A DNA stretch of 64,000 nucleotides from NCBI GenBank assembly GCA_937960435.1, contig CALGPN010000003.1, positions 128,117-192,116 on the forward strand, written 5' to 3'. Under the pieces are notes generated by a model that was given only the letters and a program-made list of their open reading frames with translations, did no database searches and was not told where the DNA came from. Made by a program: the position numbers and the translations under genes. Source of the DNA: an uncultured Desulfosoma sp. (lineage in GTDB: Bacteria; Desulfobacterota; Syntrophobacteria; Syntrophobacterales; DSM-9756). This document shows positions 61,457-64,000 of the stretch, in pieces. Position 1 is the stretch's first letter. Each line of letters opens with the position of its first letter.

Positions 61457-62335
61457 CTAAAGCGCCCGCATCCATTCGGGTTTGAGCGGCACTTGATTCT
61501 TAAGGGCGGCATCGATGACGCCCAGCGCCTTGTCCTTGTCGGCGGGCATCTTCACCTTAAGCGGCAAATAATTGGACGCGTGGTTCGAAAGAAACAACCC
61601 CCGGGACATGTGGGTGTGGGCCAGCATGTGCCGCAGTTCCTGAAGGAGCTCTCGAGGGCTGAGGACCGGAAATTCGCCTCGGCGCACCTTTTCCCCGAGT
61701 TCCGTGTTGGGAAGGACCATGAGGGTGAGCGCCCCCACGTAATGGGGATCCATGGCCGTCAACAGCGACCCCGTGGCTTCCGCGTGGTCGAAGGATCGAT
61801 CCCGACCAGCGATTCCCAAAAGAACGGTCACGGAAAGTTTCAAGCCCGCTTCCCGAACCCGGCGCCCCGCTTCCAGGAGTCTTTCCCGGGATACGCCCTT
61901 CTTAATGGCTTTCAAAGTTTCGGGGTCGCCGCTTTCCACGCCGAGATAGACGATCCCAAGCCCCAGGTCCCTCAGCGCTTCCAGTTCCTGTGGTGTTTTT
62001 CTGAGGATGCTCTTGGCGTTGCCGTACAACCCGACCCGTTGAACCCACGGGAGGGATCGTCGGATTTTTTCAAGAATTTCCACAAGGCGGGCCTGGGGAA
62101 GGATCAACGCGTCGCCGTCCGTGAGGAAAACGCGCCGAAGGAACGGGAAGTTTCGGGCGGCGTAGGCGATATCCCGGTCGATGACGGCCTGGTCCTTGAT
62201 CCGAAACCGCACCCCTTTGTAGGTGCCGCAAAAGGTGCATTTGTTGTGGGAACAGCCCACGGTGACCTGCAAAATGATGCTGTCCGCCTCACTGGGCGGT
62301 CGAATGATGATGCCCTCGTAGTGCATCCCGTCCAT
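61457..62335 (-). CDS. Radical SAM protein of unknown function
   Basis: IIRPPSEA, VGCSHNKCTFC (CX3CX2C), FLTDGDAL, YLGVESG, SNHASNY. Confidence 0.88.
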   Translation of the reverse strand: MDGMHYEGIIIRPPSEADSIILQVTVGCSHNKCTFCGTYKGVRFRIKDQAVIDRDIAYAARNFPFLRRVFLTDGDALILPQARLVEILEKIRRSLPWVQRVGLYGNAKSILRKTPQELEALRDLGLGIVYLGVESGDPETLKAIKKGVSRERLLEAGRRVREAGLKLSVTVLLGIAGRDRSFDHAEATGSLLTAMDPHYVGALTLMVLPNTELGEKVRRGEFPVLSPRELLQELRHMLAHTHMSRGLFLSNHASNYLPLKVKMPADKDKALGVIDAALKNQVPLKPEWMRAL

Positions 62336-62583
62336 TTCCGACACTCCCCATGGACCTTGACCGTCGGCACCCCTTTGGGACTCAGAGAACGAAGCGTCAC
62401 CAATACTCAACTCGACGCGGATCCATCCCGCCTGCGATGAGCTGAACCCGTGTGCCGCACGGTTCTCGAAAACCCTTTGTCCGGCGCGGCCGACGTCACC
62501 CCTCCGGAAGGCTTAAGCGTCTCGCTTTCCCACGGAACCGGAGGTGGGGGTCATGGCCCGCAGCCGGCGCGATGATTCAAAAT

Positions 62584-62616
62584 TTGAGATTTGCAAACAG
62601 TTCCTCTATAGTGAAC
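62584..62616 (+). promoter_or_regulatory. speE promoter with overlapping candidate operator
   Basis: TTGAGA (62584-89), 17 nt, TATAGT (62607-12); palindrome GTTCC-TCTATAG-TGAAC (62600-16) covers the -10. Confidence 0.55.
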
Positions 62617-62650
62617 CGCTCAAAAAATTTCAACCGAGGAGGCTCTTTCC

Positions 62651-63565
62651 ATGACCGATCGCGATGTGACGCTCTACGAACCCTTCACCGCCACCATGGG
62701 CCGCCGGTTTCGTGTCAAACGCGTGGTCCACACGCAAAAGACTCCCTACCAGCTCGTGGAAGTGGTGGAAACCGCCGACTTCGGCGTGACCCTCTTTCTG
62801 GACCGCCGGTTTCAGACTTCCGAAAAGGATGAATTCTTCTACCACGAATCTCTCGTGCATCCGGCCATGATGCTGCACCCGAATCCGCACCGGGTGCTCA
62901 TCATCGGCGGCGGAGACGGCGGCACTCTGGAAGAGGTCCTGAAGCACCCGTCGGTTTCCGCCGTGACCATGGTGGAACTGGATGCAGAAGTCGTGGACAT
63001 CGCCAAGGCGCATCTTCGAAGCATCTGCGGGGCCGCCTTCGAAGACCCTCGGGTCCGCCTCGTCATCGGGGACGGGCGTCGATTCGTGGAAGAGACGGAC
63101 CAATCCTTCGACGTGATCCTTTTGGACCTCACCGACCCCATGGAACCGTCAAAATACGTCTACACCAAAGAATTTTACGGACTGTGCGCCCGCCGATTGC
63201 GCCCCGGGGGGATTGTGGGGCTCCACAACGACTCGCCGTTCTTTTTTCCGAAAGCCTACAACGTCATCACCAAGACCCTGGACGCCGTCTTTCCCCACCG
63301 GCGCCAATATGCGGCCTATATCGTCGGCTATATGCTGGACTTCGCCTTTTCCGTCTGCGCCCTGGACGATGTTCTCCATGTGAGTGAAGAGGAATTGAGC
63401 CGCCGAGCGGCCGAACGCCGCATCGAAGGGCTCCTATACTACACGCCGCAGCTCCTGGACCGGTTCCGCACCCTGCCGGGATACATGCGCCGCACGCTGG
63501 ACCAGCCCTGCGACGTCTCGACCGATGCCGCCCCGTTCGTCATTGAGACGGAACCGTTTGAGTAG
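62651..63565 (+). CDS. speE: Polyamine aminopropyltransferase (spermidine synthase family)
   Basis: TPYQ, FYHESLVHP, IIGGGDGGTLEEV, VELD, DGRRFV, ILLDLTDP. Confidence 0.93.
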   Translation: MTDRDVTLYEPFTATMGRRFRVKRVVHTQKTPYQLVEVVETADFGVTLFLDRRFQTSEKDEFFYHESLVHPAMMLHPNPHRVLIIGGGDGGTLEEVLKHPSVSAVTMVELDAEVVDIAKAHLRSICGAAFEDPRVRLVIGDGRRFVEETDQSFDVILLDLTDPMEPSKYVYTKEFYGLCARRLRPGGIVGLHNDSPFFFPKAYNVITKTLDAVFPHRRQYAAYIVGYMLDFAFSVCALDDVLHVSEEELSRRAAERRIEGLLYYTPQLLDRFRTLPGYMRRTLDQPCDVSTDAAPFVIETEPFE

Positions 63566-63633
63566 AGAACCTTTCAAGGACACGAATCCGCGCCAAGGGA
63601 TGGAATCCGAAGGCCTGTCGAGGAACCCCGATC

Positions 63634-64000
63634 ATGCCCCGTGAAAGCCGGCCGCTTCCCGAAACGGCCAAGTGCACCCGATGCCGGATGCGGGCGGTGA
63701 TCGCCCTGCCCAGCCATCATGCCAATTTTTGTGAGGACTGCTTCCGAGTTTTCTTTCGCCGGGCGGTCCTTCGGGCCATGAAGAAATTCCCCATCAAGGC
63801 CGATGAACCCATCCTGGTGGCCGTCTCGGGCGGCAAAGACTCCCTGGCCGCTTGGGCGGTCTTGCAGGATCTGGGCTATCGCACCCAAGGCGTCCACCTC
63901 AATCTGGGAATTCCTGGCTTTTCCGAGGCCTCCGAAGAAGCCGTGGCCGCCTTCGCCGGGAAACGAAACCTCCCGTGGGTCGGCTATTCCCTTCAGGGAC
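63634..64000 (+). CDS. TtuA/TtcA/Ncs6-family tRNA thiolation PP-loop ATPase, N-terminal fragment (runs off window end)
   Basis: Manual translation from ATG 63634: MPRESRPLPETAKCTRC...NFCEDCF...LVAVSGGKDS; N-terminal CxxC/CxxC finger plus PP-loop, as in TtuA. Confidence 0.8.
   Translation, partial: MPRESRPLPETAKCTRCRMRAVIALPSHHANFCEDCFRVFFRRAVLRAMKKFPIKADEPILVAVSGGKDSLAAWAVLQDLGYRTQGVHLNLGIPGFSEASEEAVAAFAGKRNLPWVGYSLQG

Overview
GC-rich bacterial chromosomal segment, densely coding (about 59 CDS) and mostly housekeeping. Gene content (ahbC-hemB-ahbD alternative heme route, mobB/mobA/moeA, rpoH, sigma-54 response regulator, a UGA-interrupted DUF1573 gene) suggests an anaerobic Desulfobacterota (Syntrophobacterales-like) organism; this is inference, not a database result. 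I found no tRNA, rRNA, CRISPR array, transposase or integrase. The most notable items are: (1) a secreted DUF1573-type gene split by one in-frame UGA exactly at the first Cys of the family CGC motif and followed by hairpins, i.e. a probable selenoprotein (12531-13571); (2) a near-consensus sigma-28 promoter ahead of a PilZ gene, followed by a coupled RHH-like protein / zinc-ribbon-ParA pair (19079-21110); (3) a 17-bp palindrome shared by the XRE-cupin/speD/speB promoter and the speE promoter, defining a candidate local polyamine regulon; (4) an acyl-CoA transferase-GNAT fusion with the catalytic Glu changed to Asp; (5) a ClpX paralog without zinc finger or RKH loop, coupled to the heme operon; (6) the classic prfB +1 frameshift. 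Several start codons were moved from the ORF track to better Shine-Dalgarno-supported positions. All family calls are from motif recognition by eye.
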